Notes: generated by a model from the sequence alone, not told the origin. A stretch of 64,000 bases of DNA from an uncultured Gammaproteobacteria bacterium (GCA_964443495.1 CAYUCS010000003.1:4031-68030); one strand, 5' to 3'. Shown: positions 41,798-51,772, counted from the first letter of the stretch. A program made the numbers and translations.

Positions 41798-41836
41798 ATT
41801 TAAGGCCACCCTGACAAGGGTGGTTTTAAATTTGTT
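41797..41836 (+). terminator. long hairpin terminator after copy 2
   Basis: About 15-bp stem aaatttaaggccaccc/gggtggttttaaattt. Confidence 0.65.
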
Positions 41837-41888
41837 TGCATACGTGCAGGATGAGAAGTTTATGCCCCGGAGCGACAGCGTAGGGGTA

Positions 41889-41907
41889 AATCCTGCACGG
41901 CGCACAA
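41889..41907 (+). pseudogene. tRNA-Lys 3'-end duplicate, copy 3
   Basis: 19 nt identical to 41671-41689. In addition, 41842-41851 (cgtgcaggat) is a perfect 10-nt complement of 41890-41899. Confidence 0.75.
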
Positions 41908-41914
41908 AACAAAA

Positions 41915-41945
41915 ATAGCCAGCCCTTGAAGGCTGGCTATTTTTA
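41915..41945. terminator. bidirectional terminator (copy 3 and the giant-protein operon)
   Basis: Perfect 10-bp stem atagccagcc/ggctggctat with A and T runs on both sides. Confidence 0.8.
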
Positions 41946-41954
41946 TTGGTATTT

Positions 41955-44900
41955 CTACTTCTCCAAATCGATCAGCAATTGCCGTATTACAGAGAAATGC
42001 TTTACGCATATTTTCCTGCCTACGGCCAGATTTTGACACTCTGCCGGCAATGGTTGGCCGTCATAATCTTTATTCCAGAATGCCGGCCAGTCAGTGACGC
42101 GATATTTCAAATTTGTCGGATCCGAAGCGAATGATTTATACATTTCCTCAATAGCCTCGCGCAACTCCAAAACATGCACTGCCCTGATTCTCGTGTTTGA
42201 GGTCAAAGGATTTAAACCCTGCCCAGCTATCTGGGTATCCGTATCGCCGCCCACATCAGAATTGTGGAAGGAGTAATAGCCGACACTTGAACCCATGTTA
42301 GCGCGGCAAACATTGATTCTCTGCCTAATTTCGTTAACCATTGAAGCGCTGATGGCCTGGCCGGGGGTCGATGTCGGATTGGCAAATGAGATATTCATGC
42401 AAGCAGCACGCCAAATTATCGTGTCGTTTTTATACATCCAAATCGTAGTGCCCTTGGGCCTGACTCTTATAAACCGCTGATATTTGCCGTCGACGCTTGT
42501 CAGGCCAGTTAAATGAACTACGCAATTGCCACTGGTACACACAACCTCCGCAGGGCTCGAGTTTACCCAGCCGCTTGACGGAGACGGGCTGTCGCTTTGC
42601 TGGATTTCAAAAAGCGTCGGGCCGGAACGGACATAGTTGTATTCTATTGTCACATACGCCTCCCATTCATTGAAGTTATTGGCAGCATCTCCATAATTAA
42701 CTTTTAAAACCACCATCGATGGAAAATCTTTCAATCCGGCAATCTTGTCTGACTCAGTGTAGGTTGTCGAGGCGATATTTAAAGGTTTTGTTTGCTTGTC
42801 CCAATCAACCCAATTATCTGTCCAGCTAATATCGCTATATCTTGGCGGTGGCGCGACTGTCATGTACTGATTTACCGTATTGGCCCGCAAATAGGTGTCG
42901 GCGCCACCTGAGCGATCGATGAAATAATATTCCAAGCCTCCAGGGTACTCAAGTTCACCATTGTTATCACCAAGCACCAAATTGCCAGCCGTAATATACC
43001 TATCCGCTCCGATGTTGATGCCTGACGGCTGCCAAGAAGCCTTGTCATGGCTGAACTGAATCTGATTCTCCTGGTACGGCTCATTGTTATAACAATCCAT
43101 GCCGCAAAACGGATACGAATCAAACGCGCCACCGTCATAAACCGTGTGGAACCAACGCCTGTCAGTCACCTGGTAACCGTTAGGCAAACCGTTATATGTG
43201 TTGATGGTGCGGTAAAGCGGCGGCAAATCCGCCTGATAGTCATAGTCTATTTTTACTTTGACCAAGTTGCTGCCAATATCGTCAGTGTCTATGCTAACGG
43301 ATTTTGGCGGATTGATTTCACCAGACAAGGCTGGCAGGGTCGTCACTTGGCCCATAGGATAGGTTGCATCAACTAGATCAATCCAGGTGCCGACACCGCC
43401 TCCGTAATAACCGCCGCCAATGACTCTTAGTTCGACATCGTAAGTTTGAGATGGGTCTAAATTTTCAACCGGTATGCTATAACACTCCCTGCTTCCGGTA
43501 CACTTGCCCGCAGCGTACACGGAGCCATCTTCGTACCTATGATTATCATAAGTATCTAATGCCAAAAAGTCGTCCCAGGTCGAATCAGAGGCCCTTTTGT
43601 ACCTCAGGTAAAAAGACAGCTTGGGCCATCCAGTGGCAGTTTGGAAATTGGTTATTTCAGCAGTGTAGCGGTTGATCCAGTTCACTAAAGTCGGAGAGAA
43701 ACGGACATGCAGATTGAAGCAGCCCATGCCGAAGCAAGACCTCGGGACTAATATCGGCTCCGTCGGGGTCCCTGCAACCCTGAAATTTGGAGAAACAATC
43801 GGCGAAGACGTGGCCCAATTAAAATTCAATGCCGGGGAGGCGGAATAAACTCTGACCCGGTAACTATAAGTTGAAGACGGGGCAACGTTGTAAGTTTGAA
43901 CATAGCAAGTGTTGGCTACTGCGCATCCCGGTAGAGTTGTGGTAGCGCCCTGCGCGCTCGTATAAGTTGACTGGAGCACCCAGGCGCCGCCGTTAACCTG
44001 CCTCTCTACCCGATAACCAGATAAGCCGCTCCAGCCGCCCGTATATTTGAAGAACAGGTTAATCTTGCTCGTAGCGTAGGTCGAGGTGGCAGTCAGCGTC
44101 ACTGTTTCGATGTCCGGGGTCGGGACCAACGTCGGTGCCATAATCGGCGTTGAAGTGACCCACGCGGGATCAGTACTGCAATGTCCGCCATTGCTTGTAC
44201 AAAGCCTGATTAAATACTGATACGTGCTGCCGGGAATCAAAGGATTGGCTCCTGTGTTATTATGGGGTACGCGGTAACATCTTCCTACGGGCCAGCACGC
44301 GAGTGCTCCAAAAACGTTATTCAGCTCAGCGTTGGCCGGCCTAGTATTGTTCATGGTGCTGGTACCTGTATAGCTCCAGCCGCTGTTCGCCCACATCCAA
44401 TCGCTACCGCTCCAAGTTCCGCGTTGTTCCACTATTTCGTAACGATTAAACCCGTTCCAGGGGTTTGGCTGCACAAAACTGATATTGACCAGCGACACCG
44501 CATGATTAGTCGAGGTGCTGAAAACAATTGTACTAGCAATGTTAGGAATTGTTCCAGCCGCCGCTTTAACGTATCCTTTCCAGTCGTTAGTAGTCTGTCC
44601 CCTAGGTATGACACGGAAATACCAGTCGCTCGAGGGATTAAGGCCATAAACATAAGTATGGCAAGGCTGATTGGTAGTACACTCGACATAATTCTGATTA
44701 ACCGTACTCCAGCCAGGGTCGGCCGCATCTTGGACCGTATTCCACTGGACATAAAAAGCGGTCGGCCCGGAATTGGCGAAATCAAAAGTAAAGCTTATGT
44801 CATAATTGGTCAAGTCAAACTTTCCTACCAGGACATTCTGTGCCTCAGGGAGGGGGCGCAAATTGATCTGATTACTGTCAGTATAACCGCTATCTTGTCC

Positions 44901-46961
44901 GACAACATATTTGTTTATTGACCTTGCCTGAAAAAAATACGAATAGGTCGGGTCAACGTAAAAATAAGTCAACGGAGTAGAGGTGGGAAAAATTTCATTC
45001 GCCTGGTCGCCGATCGTCTGATTGGCATTCGAAATATAGGTGCCACTTGCCACCTGGACATACGCTGTGCCCAGCATAAATGAACTCCAAGTTGTCGTCG
45101 CATTTGTACGATATCTGATCTGATCGATACTGGAATGTCGATTGACCTCATAGCCGGTAAGAGCACCATACGCCGGTATTGTTTTCACGGCGGCTAAAAA
45201 ATTTGGATCAAAGACATAATCAAGGGCCAATGCAAGCATATTTGATCCGCGGACCTGGGCTCTGACCGCTGAGGGGGCGTTCAAAGTAATCGGCAACAAG
45301 TTTGCTGCGGTAACAGGGGCAGCAGTCTCGATCCAATCGCTATAGCCGTTGTTGTACGGGCTGGAGCCCAAATAAGCCAAGCGGACCCTGAAAATATAAT
45401 TATTGCCCGGGGTTATCCTGTAATTAGCGTCAGCGGCATTAGCGCTGAACGTCGGCAAGGTAAAGCAGCGGTAATTGCCGACACAGTTGCCGGGGAAAAA
45501 CGCGTCGTTCGGAGTATTGTTCGCTGTCGGAGCAATTACCGGGACCAGTGCCCTGGGCGCTCCATTCTCAATCACCTGGATCTGATAATTAGTTACCGGA
45601 AGAGCGGTTAAGGCAGTTTCACTGCGGAAATGCACCCTGATTACACTGTCCGCCGGAGTTGATGTGGGCGCCTCCGTCCCGATAGCCGTCGCGGTCGGAA
45701 TGCTAAGAAAGTTGCTGGCAGCCAAAACTGTGGAAGTCGCCCAGGCGTCTGCGCATCGCGACTGTCCGTTATCGGTCACGCATGGGCGAGCAAGATACTG
45801 ATAACTTACCCCAGGCTGAACCAAGTCATTGATTTCGTAGCACTGGAAAAGGCTTGGGCAAGAATAGAAGGGCGACGAAAGCGTGTCGTACTGGCTTATC
45901 GCGTACGATACCGGAGCGGAAGGCGTACCATTTATCACCTTTATAATTTGGTAGATATCAAAGCCCGGGGTGCCGTCATTCGAGTACGAATCCATCGGCA
46001 ATGGGGCATGGAAATAAAGCCTCATTGATGATGAAGCGTGCGTTGAAGTCGAAACCAAGTCTATCGTGTCGAATGTCGGGATCGTCACCAAGGATGCGGA
46101 CGTAGAAGTTGCCTTGCCTCCATCAAGCGGGGCGATTACCGGGTCGGACGGCGACGCACGATAGGCCAGGCGGATACGATATTGATAAACGACATTCGGC
46201 TCTACGGCATTAGGGTCATCAAGTGAAAAGCAAACCCTCCCGGACTGGCACTCTCCATCAGGAAACAAAACTTGGTTCGGGTGGCCCAAAACAATCCTGT
46301 TGTCGTCATAAGTATAGAACGTGGTCCCCTCAACCCATGTAGGCTCCCCATATATTTTTCTATCTATGACATACCCATTAACACCGGACCACGCCTCTAA
46401 AAACTTGAAGCTGATATTGTTTTTGGCATGGACCATGTTGGAAGAAGTGGCGATATATATGTCTTCATCCTTCACTGTCGGCTTGGTGGTTGCTGGCGGG
46501 AAGCCAGAACCGGGAACGATAGCATTTTCCAGGGTTGGCGCGGTCGTTGTCACGCCAGCGTCGTTGACGACCCAAGCTACGTAACGATATTTCCTGATCG
46601 GATCCAGCCTGACCGCTAGCGTACTGGTACTGAAATCATGCGGGATGTTGGAATCGATCGAGTTCACCCAATTGCCATAGCCCCCGTTATCAAGGGCTAC
46701 CGGAGTAGAGGACGCATCATCAATAACCTGCAAAAACATCCTTACTTGATTGTCGGCACCGGGCTCATTGGCGTACACGGAAAAATTAACGGTCACCGTT
46801 CCGTCACCATTTGAAACGAAGTAGTCTCCTTCCATTGGACTAAACCACTCAGGAGCGTCGAATAGGGCTAAGCCCGGCTTTACGTTAAATAGCAACAAAA
46901 AGGCGCCGACAATTAAAAATACTGCCGCCAAATACGCACCGAGTGTTTTTAGCCTTGGCAT
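41955..46961 (-). CDS. giant surface protein (1668 aa) with an N-terminal anchor and about 12 FN3-like modules carrying Cys-loops
   Basis: N-terminal TM segment AYLAAVFLIVGAFLLLF. FN3-type strand signatures recur (W..(x)GY.V.R early and Y.Y.[IV]R[LV] late in each ~125-aa unit), and ten C-x(3-6)-C-[YFHV] loops are present. Confidence 0.7.
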   Translation of the reverse strand: MPRLKTLGAYLAAVFLIVGAFLLLFNVKPGLALFDAPEWFSPMEGDYFVSNGDGTVTVNFSVYANEPGADNQVRMFLQVIDDASSTPVALDNGGYGNWVNSIDSNIPHDFSTSTLAVRLDPIRKYRYVAWVVNDAGVTTTAPTLENAIVPGSGFPPATTKPTVKDEDIYIATSSNMVHAKNNISFKFLEAWSGVNGYVIDRKIYGEPTWVEGTTFYTYDDNRIVLGHPNQVLFPDGECQSGRVCFSLDDPNAVEPNVVYQYRIRLAYRASPSDPVIAPLDGGKATSTSASLVTIPTFDTIDLVSTSTHASSSMRLYFHAPLPMDSYSNDGTPGFDIYQIIKVINGTPSAPVSYAISQYDTLSSPFYSCPSLFQCYEINDLVQPGVSYQYLARPCVTDNGQSRCADAWATSTVLAASNFLSIPTATAIGTEAPTSTPADSVIRVHFRSETALTALPVTNYQIQVIENGAPRALVPVIAPTANNTPNDAFFPGNCVGNYRCFTLPTFSANAADANYRITPGNNYIFRVRLAYLGSSPYNNGYSDWIETAAPVTAANLLPITLNAPSAVRAQVRGSNMLALALDYVFDPNFLAAVKTIPAYGALTGYEVNRHSSIDQIRYRTNATTTWSSFMLGTAYVQVASGTYISNANQTIGDQANEIFPTSTPLTYFYVDPTYSYFFQARSINKYVVGQDSGYTDSNQINLRPLPEAQNVLVGKFDLTNYDISFTFDFANSGPTAFYVQWNTVQDAADPGWSTVNQNYVECTTNQPCHTYVYGLNPSSDWYFRVIPRGQTTNDWKGYVKAAAGTIPNIASTIVFSTSTNHAVSLVNISFVQPNPWNGFNRYEIVEQRGTWSGSDWMWANSGWSYTGTSTMNNTRPANAELNNVFGALACWPVGRCYRVPHNNTGANPLIPGSTYQYLIRLCTSNGGHCSTDPAWVTSTPIMAPTLVPTPDIETVTLTATSTYATSKINLFFKYTGGWSGLSGYRVERQVNGGAWVLQSTYTSAQGATTTLPGCAVANTCYVQTYNVAPSSTYSYRVRVYSASPALNFNWATSSPIVSPNFRVAGTPTEPILVPRSCFGMGCFNLHVRFSPTLVNWINRYTAEITNFQTATGWPKLSFYLRYKRASDSTWDDFLALDTYDNHRYEDGSVYAAGKCTGSRECYSIPVENLDPSQTYDVELRVIGGGYYGGGVGTWIDLVDATYPMGQVTTLPALSGEINPPKSVSIDTDDIGSNLVKVKIDYDYQADLPPLYRTINTYNGLPNGYQVTDRRWFHTVYDGGAFDSYPFCGMDCYNNEPYQENQIQFSHDKASWQPSGINIGADRYITAGNLVLGDNNGELEYPGGLEYYFIDRSGGADTYLRANTVNQYMTVAPPPRYSDISWTDNWVDWDKQTKPLNIASTTYTESDKIAGLKDFPSMVVLKVNYGDAANNFNEWEAYVTIEYNYVRSGPTLFEIQQSDSPSPSSGWVNSSPAEVVCTSGNCVVHLTGLTSVDGKYQRFIRVRPKGTTIWMYKNDTIIWRAACMNISFANPTSTPGQAISASMVNEIRQRINVCRANMGSSVGYYSFHNSDVGGDTDTQIAGQGLNPLTSNTRIRAVHVLELREAIEEMYKSFASDPTNLKYRVTDWPAFWNKDYDGQPLPAECQNLAVGRKICVKHFSVIRQLLIDLEK

Positions 46962-46967
46962 ATCAGC

Positions 46968-47555
46968 TTATTTCACGAAGTCCTTAACGCACTTCATGCT
47001 AAACGGCTTGTCCTTGATCCTTCCGCAATAAGTATTAGCGTTGGCAGGATCATTTTTTGCCTTATAATAGTAAATTTCCGAGGTGCAGGAAATTACGGCT
47101 TGCTGCTCGGAAAGCTCGAAACAATAATTCTCATCAACATTCTCAATCGCCAAACGGCGCAAGATGCCGTCAATGCAAATCTGCTGCTTTTTTATGTCAT
47201 CTATCAGCGTACAAACCTTGACGTCGCGATCAGACATGGCACGATTCATGTAATACGCCACGCTCCCCCCGCCGCACGCCTGTTCTTCCTCTTTGGTTAG
47301 CTCGGCCTTTTCACAAGTCGTCTTCGCCTCCAGCCTAATCTTATCCGCATCCTCTTTGCTTAAAGTGGTGACAGAGTACTTAGTCGTCTCGGCCTGTGTC
47401 GAGGAAGCGGCGATTCCGCCTTTTTTGTTTTGCGGGAGATTGACTTGCTTTATTGCAAAATCCCGAGACAAAAGGGAAAAGATGACAATAACGCAAACAA
47501 TCAAGCCTAGCGCCAAGGAGGCAATGATAAGCTTGGTGATGTTTTTTTCTTCCAT
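46968..47555 (-). CDS. membrane-anchored Cys-rich protein (195 aa, 10 Cys)
   Basis: N-terminal TM segment IIASLALGLIVCVIVIF. It ends 6 nt upstream of the giant gene. No family recognised. Confidence 0.55.
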   Translation of the reverse strand: MEEKNITKLIIASLALGLIVCVIVIFSLLSRDFAIKQVNLPQNKKGGIAASSTQAETTKYSVTTLSKEDADKIRLEAKTTCEKAELTKEEEQACGGGSVAYYMNRAMSDRDVKVCTLIDDIKKQQICIDGILRRLAIENVDENYCFELSEQQAVISCTSEIYYYKAKNDPANANTYCGRIKDKPFSMKCVKDFVK

Positions 47556-47574
47556 ATTGATTTTTTATTATAAT

Positions 47575-48054
47575 TTACGGACCGTAGGTTAACCCATTCG
47601 AGCAGCCGACGCCGGTCGGGGAAGTGCTGGAAGCAATCAATATCTCGTCAGGGGCACAATTTATCAATCTGGTGCCGTTCGAATAAATGATACCTGCTTC
47701 ATCGACGGCAAAAATCTCGCTATTATTGCCATTGTTTACTTGAAAGGTGGCGTTATCAGGATCGCTTCCCTGGTCGCTATCGATCCTTACCTGCGCGCCT
47801 TTGCCGGAGTCGATATAAAAATGATTTTGAGTCGTAGTAGAATAAAGCCTGTCCAAGCCGATCCCGCCGCCTACGCCCGGCTTGTACTGGGCGCCTGAGC
47901 CGACATTTATCGGCGCCTCGACATTATTGCCCGGCGGATTGGCCGTCGGAGCATCCCAGGCAGCCAAAATCGATTGCCAAGATAAAAACAAGCTTAGCGA
48001 GAGCACGACGCCCATGACTAAGCCTAGCGGGAATAAAAATTTTTTTGAGTCCAT
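47575..48054 (-). CDS. secreted or anchored protein (159 aa) with an AWDAPTANPPGNNVEAPINVGSG N-terminal motif
   Basis: Hydrophobic N-terminus followed by the Pro/Asn/Gly motif. It is the first gene of the three-gene operon. Confidence 0.55.
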   Translation of the reverse strand: MDSKKFLFPLGLVMGVVLSLSLFLSWQSILAAWDAPTANPPGNNVEAPINVGSGAQYKPGVGGGIGLDRLYSTTTQNHFYIDSGKGAQVRIDSDQGSDPDNATFQVNNGNNSEIFAVDEAGIIYSNGTRLINCAPDEILIASSTSPTGVGCSNGLTYGP

Positions 48055-48087
48055 ACTATTTGTGCGGCAAACTTATTAGCTCTGTTT

Positions 48088-48116
48088 ATTATAACATTTT
48101 TTACAGAGCCGGACAA
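48088..48116 (-). promoter_or_regulatory. promoter TTGTCC-N17-TATAAT (TGT extended -10) of the giant-protein operon
   Basis: The minus strand reads ttgtcc ggctctgtaaaaaatgt tataat. Confidence 0.5.
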
Positions 48117-48128
48117 ATAGCAAGCCAA

Positions 48129-48827
48129 CTATGTCTTGCGCAAAACTGCGTAATAATTCCTCTTGTCAAAAATCAATTCCTCGATAACCGCATTTTTAAC
48201 CTTAAACGAACTTATGAAGCCTTTTTTGGTATATGCGTGATAATAACGAGGACTTTTTTGATCAAAACCAGGAAAAACTATGTCTCCGAAATCAAAATGA
48301 TTAAATCCGACCAGCTTTAATAAGGCGTTTTTTACGACCAGCTTGATAAATAGCGGCTTCTGCCACATTGACCAGGCCGTCACGACTAGTTTGCCGCCGG
48401 GCTTGACGCAGCGCAGGAGTTGTTCGATGGCGCAAGCTCGGCTTTCGGCCCCAGGCAAGTGATGGATTACAGCCACGCAATAAACCTCATCAAACAAGCC
48501 CAGTCCGTAGCGATCCAATTCCAAAACGCTTCCTTTTATAAATTTCTGTCCGTCAATCCGCCACTCTGTAATTTTCAGAGCTAACTCTAGCAAATTATTA
48601 CTCGAATCGACGCCGACATACTCCACGGCTTTGCCCATCCAGGCCTGACGCAAGCGCCCATTGCCGCAACCGACATCCAGGATGCGTGAACCGCAAGGGG
48701 TTTTTGAGGCAATTTTTTCGAGCGGCGGCCAAAGCTTACGCTTCCTTGTTCGGCTGAAATCATCAGCCACTGCTTCATAGTTCGCATTTACGATCGACAG
48801 CAATTCTTGTTCGGCTTGTTTGTTCAT
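48129..48827 (-). CDS. class I SAM-dependent methyltransferase
   Basis: Motif I ILDVGCGNG. ATGA overlap with recQ. Confidence 0.75.
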   Translation of the reverse strand: MNKQAEQELLSIVNANYEAVADDFSRTRKRKLWPPLEKIASKTPCGSRILDVGCGNGRLRQAWMGKAVEYVGVDSSNNLLELALKITEWRIDGQKFIKGSVLELDRYGLGLFDEVYCVAVIHHLPGAESRACAIEQLLRCVKPGGKLVVTAWSMWQKPLFIKLVVKNALLKLVGFNHFDFGDIVFPGFDQKSPRYYHAYTKKGFISSFKVKNAVIEELIFDKRNYYAVLRKT

Positions 48828-50917
48828 TTTTTTCCCTTAAGTGAGGCCAAGATTAGCTTGATATCGTTCCAACTGAAACTGTCGCCCAACTTCTCTTTGA
48901 TCGGCCCCAGCTTATTTCCGCCAACCTCATCAACTGCTGCCAATATTTTTTGCCTGCTTTCTTGAGCGACAAAATCATCTACATCAACTTTCATCCCCTT
49001 TTCAAGCAAAAAACAAAGATGATCGATTATTGTGGCGGGCTTAAGGTTGCGGACTTGTGCCATTTCATCAACTTTCATGCCCTTCTGATACAGCTCAAAA
49101 GTTTCAAGCTGAGTCAGCTTGGTTCCAAGGTTTGCTTCGTCTTCTTTATTTTTGGCCGGAGCCTCGCTGAACGGTTCAAAATCATGAGATTCGCCCAGAT
49201 CATCAAATGAGCTGTTTACGCAATTGTCACACTTGCCGCATCGCGCAAAACCGTCACTGCCGAAATAATTCAAAATATAGTTCTGGCGGCAACCGAGATG
49301 ATAAACATAATCTTCTATTTGATCGAGCTTTTCATAAGCATGGCTGAGCTTAGCTTTGAGGGCTGAAACATCGATATTCAAGTGCTGGCGGTCGATACGC
49401 TTGAGAATGTGAATCTCCGTGCCTTTGAACGGGGGCTGGTAGTCAAGGCAGCCTTCGTCCTGTATTTTCTTTATCACCCGTCTAAGCGACTCCTTTTTTA
49501 CGCCTAGCACTCCTGCCAGCTCTTCCAAATTGAAATTGAAACCGGCATCAAGCTCGTGGCCATGCTTGGCTAGAAGCTGATCCAGGATTATCTGGCTATT
49601 CTTCGAACGGGGGCCGAAGACCTTCCTGGCTTCGCTGGCCGGTTTGAGCAATTTCAAATATGCATTAGCGGATTTTTCTTGGCTCCGCCTGATCAGGCCT
49701 TCACGTTCTAAAATCTTGATTGCCGTACCTATTGCCATGTCTGGAGCGTTATCTGAAAGCATGCCCATCAGCTCGCTGTATGTAACCAGCACGCTATCGG
49801 ATTCATAAGACAGGAGCACGTCATATAATTCGAAAATCATCTCCGGCGAAGGATTGTCTCCCTTGATGAAAAACTCCTGCAGGGCGCGGTCGCGGGAATT
49901 ATATAGCATCAGGCAGAAGCTAGGTTTGCCGTCGCGTCCAGCGCGTCCGGCCTCCTGATAATACGCCTCGATAGTCCCTGGCATGTCATAGTGGACAACG
50001 AACCGGATGTCGGGCTTGTCGATGCCTAGGCCGAAAGCGTTGGTAGCAACGATGACTTTGGCCTTGTTGTTCATAAAGCTTTCCTGGACCCATTTGCGCT
50101 CGTTGGGCTCCATGCCGCCATGATACATTATCGCTTCGATGCCGCTATCCAGTAACGCCTGCATCAGCTGCTCGGCTCGCGAACGCGTGCCGACATAAAC
50201 CACCCCGGCGCCCTCTGGAGCGTTCTGAACCGCTTCCAACACGATGCCAGGCTTCTGCCCCTCATTGGCCCGAACGACGGCGAAAGTCAAATTCGGTCGA
50301 GCGAAGCCGGTAACGACTTGCCGCGGATTAACCAGCGCCAGCTGCTTGATTATGTCTTCGCGCACTTCTGGCGTAGCCGTCGCAGTCAACGCTATGACCG
50401 GCGGGTTGCCCAAAAATTCTACCGCCTGGCGAAGTTTTAAATAGCTTGGGCGGAAGTCGTGCCCCCAAGAACTGATACAATGAGCCTCATCAACTGCGAA
50501 TAAGCTGACCTTGACCAGTGACAAGGCCTCGATGAATTCCTTGCTATAAAATCGCTCGGGGGCGATGTACAGCAGCTTGAATCGCCCTTCCTTTATTTCC
50601 GCCAGCCTAGCTGTCGTTTCCGCAGGGGAAATGGAAGAGTTGATGAAAGTTGCCGGAATGCCGATGCGGTTAAGGTTATCGACCTGGTCTTTCATCAGGG
50701 CGATAAGCGGCGACACGACGATCGTCACGCCGTCCCAAATCAGGGCAGGCAGCTGATAGCATAGCGACTTGCCCCCGCCTGTCGGCATGATGACCAAGGT
50801 TGACTCGCCGTCAAGCAGCCCATCGATTACCTGCTCTTGGCCGGTCCGAAAATCATCATAGCCATAATGTATCTTCAATAGCTCGCGCAGAGCTTGTTTT
50901 TGTTCCTGAATAGTCAC
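48824..50917 (-). CDS. recQ: ATP-dependent DNA helicase RecQ
   Basis: Helicase motifs MPTGGGKSLCYQLP, DEAHCISSWGHDFRP, TATAT and QE.GRAGRDG, a Zn-binding Cys cluster and a C-terminal HRDC-like region. Confidence 0.9.
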   Translation of the reverse strand: MTIQEQKQALRELLKIHYGYDDFRTGQEQVIDGLLDGESTLVIMPTGGGKSLCYQLPALIWDGVTIVVSPLIALMKDQVDNLNRIGIPATFINSSISPAETTARLAEIKEGRFKLLYIAPERFYSKEFIEALSLVKVSLFAVDEAHCISSWGHDFRPSYLKLRQAVEFLGNPPVIALTATATPEVREDIIKQLALVNPRQVVTGFARPNLTFAVVRANEGQKPGIVLEAVQNAPEGAGVVYVGTRSRAEQLMQALLDSGIEAIMYHGGMEPNERKWVQESFMNNKAKVIVATNAFGLGIDKPDIRFVVHYDMPGTIEAYYQEAGRAGRDGKPSFCLMLYNSRDRALQEFFIKGDNPSPEMIFELYDVLLSYESDSVLVTYSELMGMLSDNAPDMAIGTAIKILEREGLIRRSQEKSANAYLKLLKPASEARKVFGPRSKNSQIILDQLLAKHGHELDAGFNFNLEELAGVLGVKKESLRRVIKKIQDEGCLDYQPPFKGTEIHILKRIDRQHLNIDVSALKAKLSHAYEKLDQIEDYVYHLGCRQNYILNYFGSDGFARCGKCDNCVNSSFDDLGESHDFEPFSEAPAKNKEDEANLGTKLTQLETFELYQKGMKVDEMAQVRNLKPATIIDHLCFLLEKGMKVDVDDFVAQESRQKILAAVDEVGGNKLGPIKEKLGDSFSWNDIKLILASLKGKK

Positions 50918-50926
50918 GTTTATCAG

Positions 50927-51772
50927 CTATTTATCTGCGTTCTTCAGTTTATAGAGCTCAAGAGTGTTCTTGAAAGCGAGGGCGATGGTCATCGGTCCGA
51001 CTCCGCCAGGGACCGGGGTTATATAGCCGGTCTTGCCTGAAGTCGACTCAAAATCTACATCACCACAGACAGAACCATCCTTCATTTTGGTAATGCCTAT
51101 ATCGATCACAACCGCCCCATCCTTTATCATCTCGCCAGTTACAAGCTTAGGCCGTCCAAGTGCGGAAATCAGAATGTCGGCTCCGATCGTTTTTTCCCCG
51201 AGCTGCTGCTCATTGCCGCTCAGAAGCCTGACCGAAGCTCCGCGGCATTCCAATATGTGCTTGATTGAAGCGCCCAAAATCGGTGAATTGACCAAAGCGA
51301 CAACGCTTTTGTTGGCCAAGTCGAATCGTATGCTAGAAATTATCTCCAAGATCACCCCGATGAGCGGCGGTTCGATTTCAATAGAGCAGCTGGAAAGCAG
51401 TCGCTGCAAGCTCTTCGGGTGAAACCCGTCAACATCTTTTTCCGGACTCATCCGGCCAACAACTTTGTCGGTGTCGATTCCTTCGGGCAAAGGCAGTTGT
51501 ATCAGAATACCATCAATCAGCTCATCATTATTTAGGAAATCAACCATCGCAAGCAGCTCGTCTTCCTTGATGTCCTCATCGCAACGATAAAGATGCGTAT
51601 CGATACCGACCGCCTTGGCCTGCCTCTCTTTGAGCGAAACGTATAGCTTCGAATCCTCCCGCTCGCCGACCAGTACGATGGCCAAGTTAGGGCGTGCGCC
51701 CAAAGCCTTTATTTCCTTGACCAGGCTGTCCTTGATCGACTCAGCCAAGGCCTTGCCATCAATATTTTTCAT
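50927..51772 (-). CDS. folD: bifunctional methylene-THF dehydrogenase/methenyl-THF cyclohydrolase
   Basis: LVGEREDSKLYV, ILIQLPLP, DVDGFHP and PVPGGVGPMT. Confidence 0.9.
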   Translation of the reverse strand: MKNIDGKALAESIKDSLVKEIKALGARPNLAIVLVGEREDSKLYVSLKERQAKAVGIDTHLYRCDEDIKEDELLAMVDFLNNDELIDGILIQLPLPEGIDTDKVVGRMSPEKDVDGFHPKSLQRLLSSCSIEIEPPLIGVILEIISSIRFDLANKSVVALVNSPILGASIKHILECRGASVRLLSGNEQQLGEKTIGADILISALGRPKLVTGEMIKDGAVVIDIGITKMKDGSVCGDVDFESTSGKTGYITPVPGGVGPMTIALAFKNTLELYKLKNADK

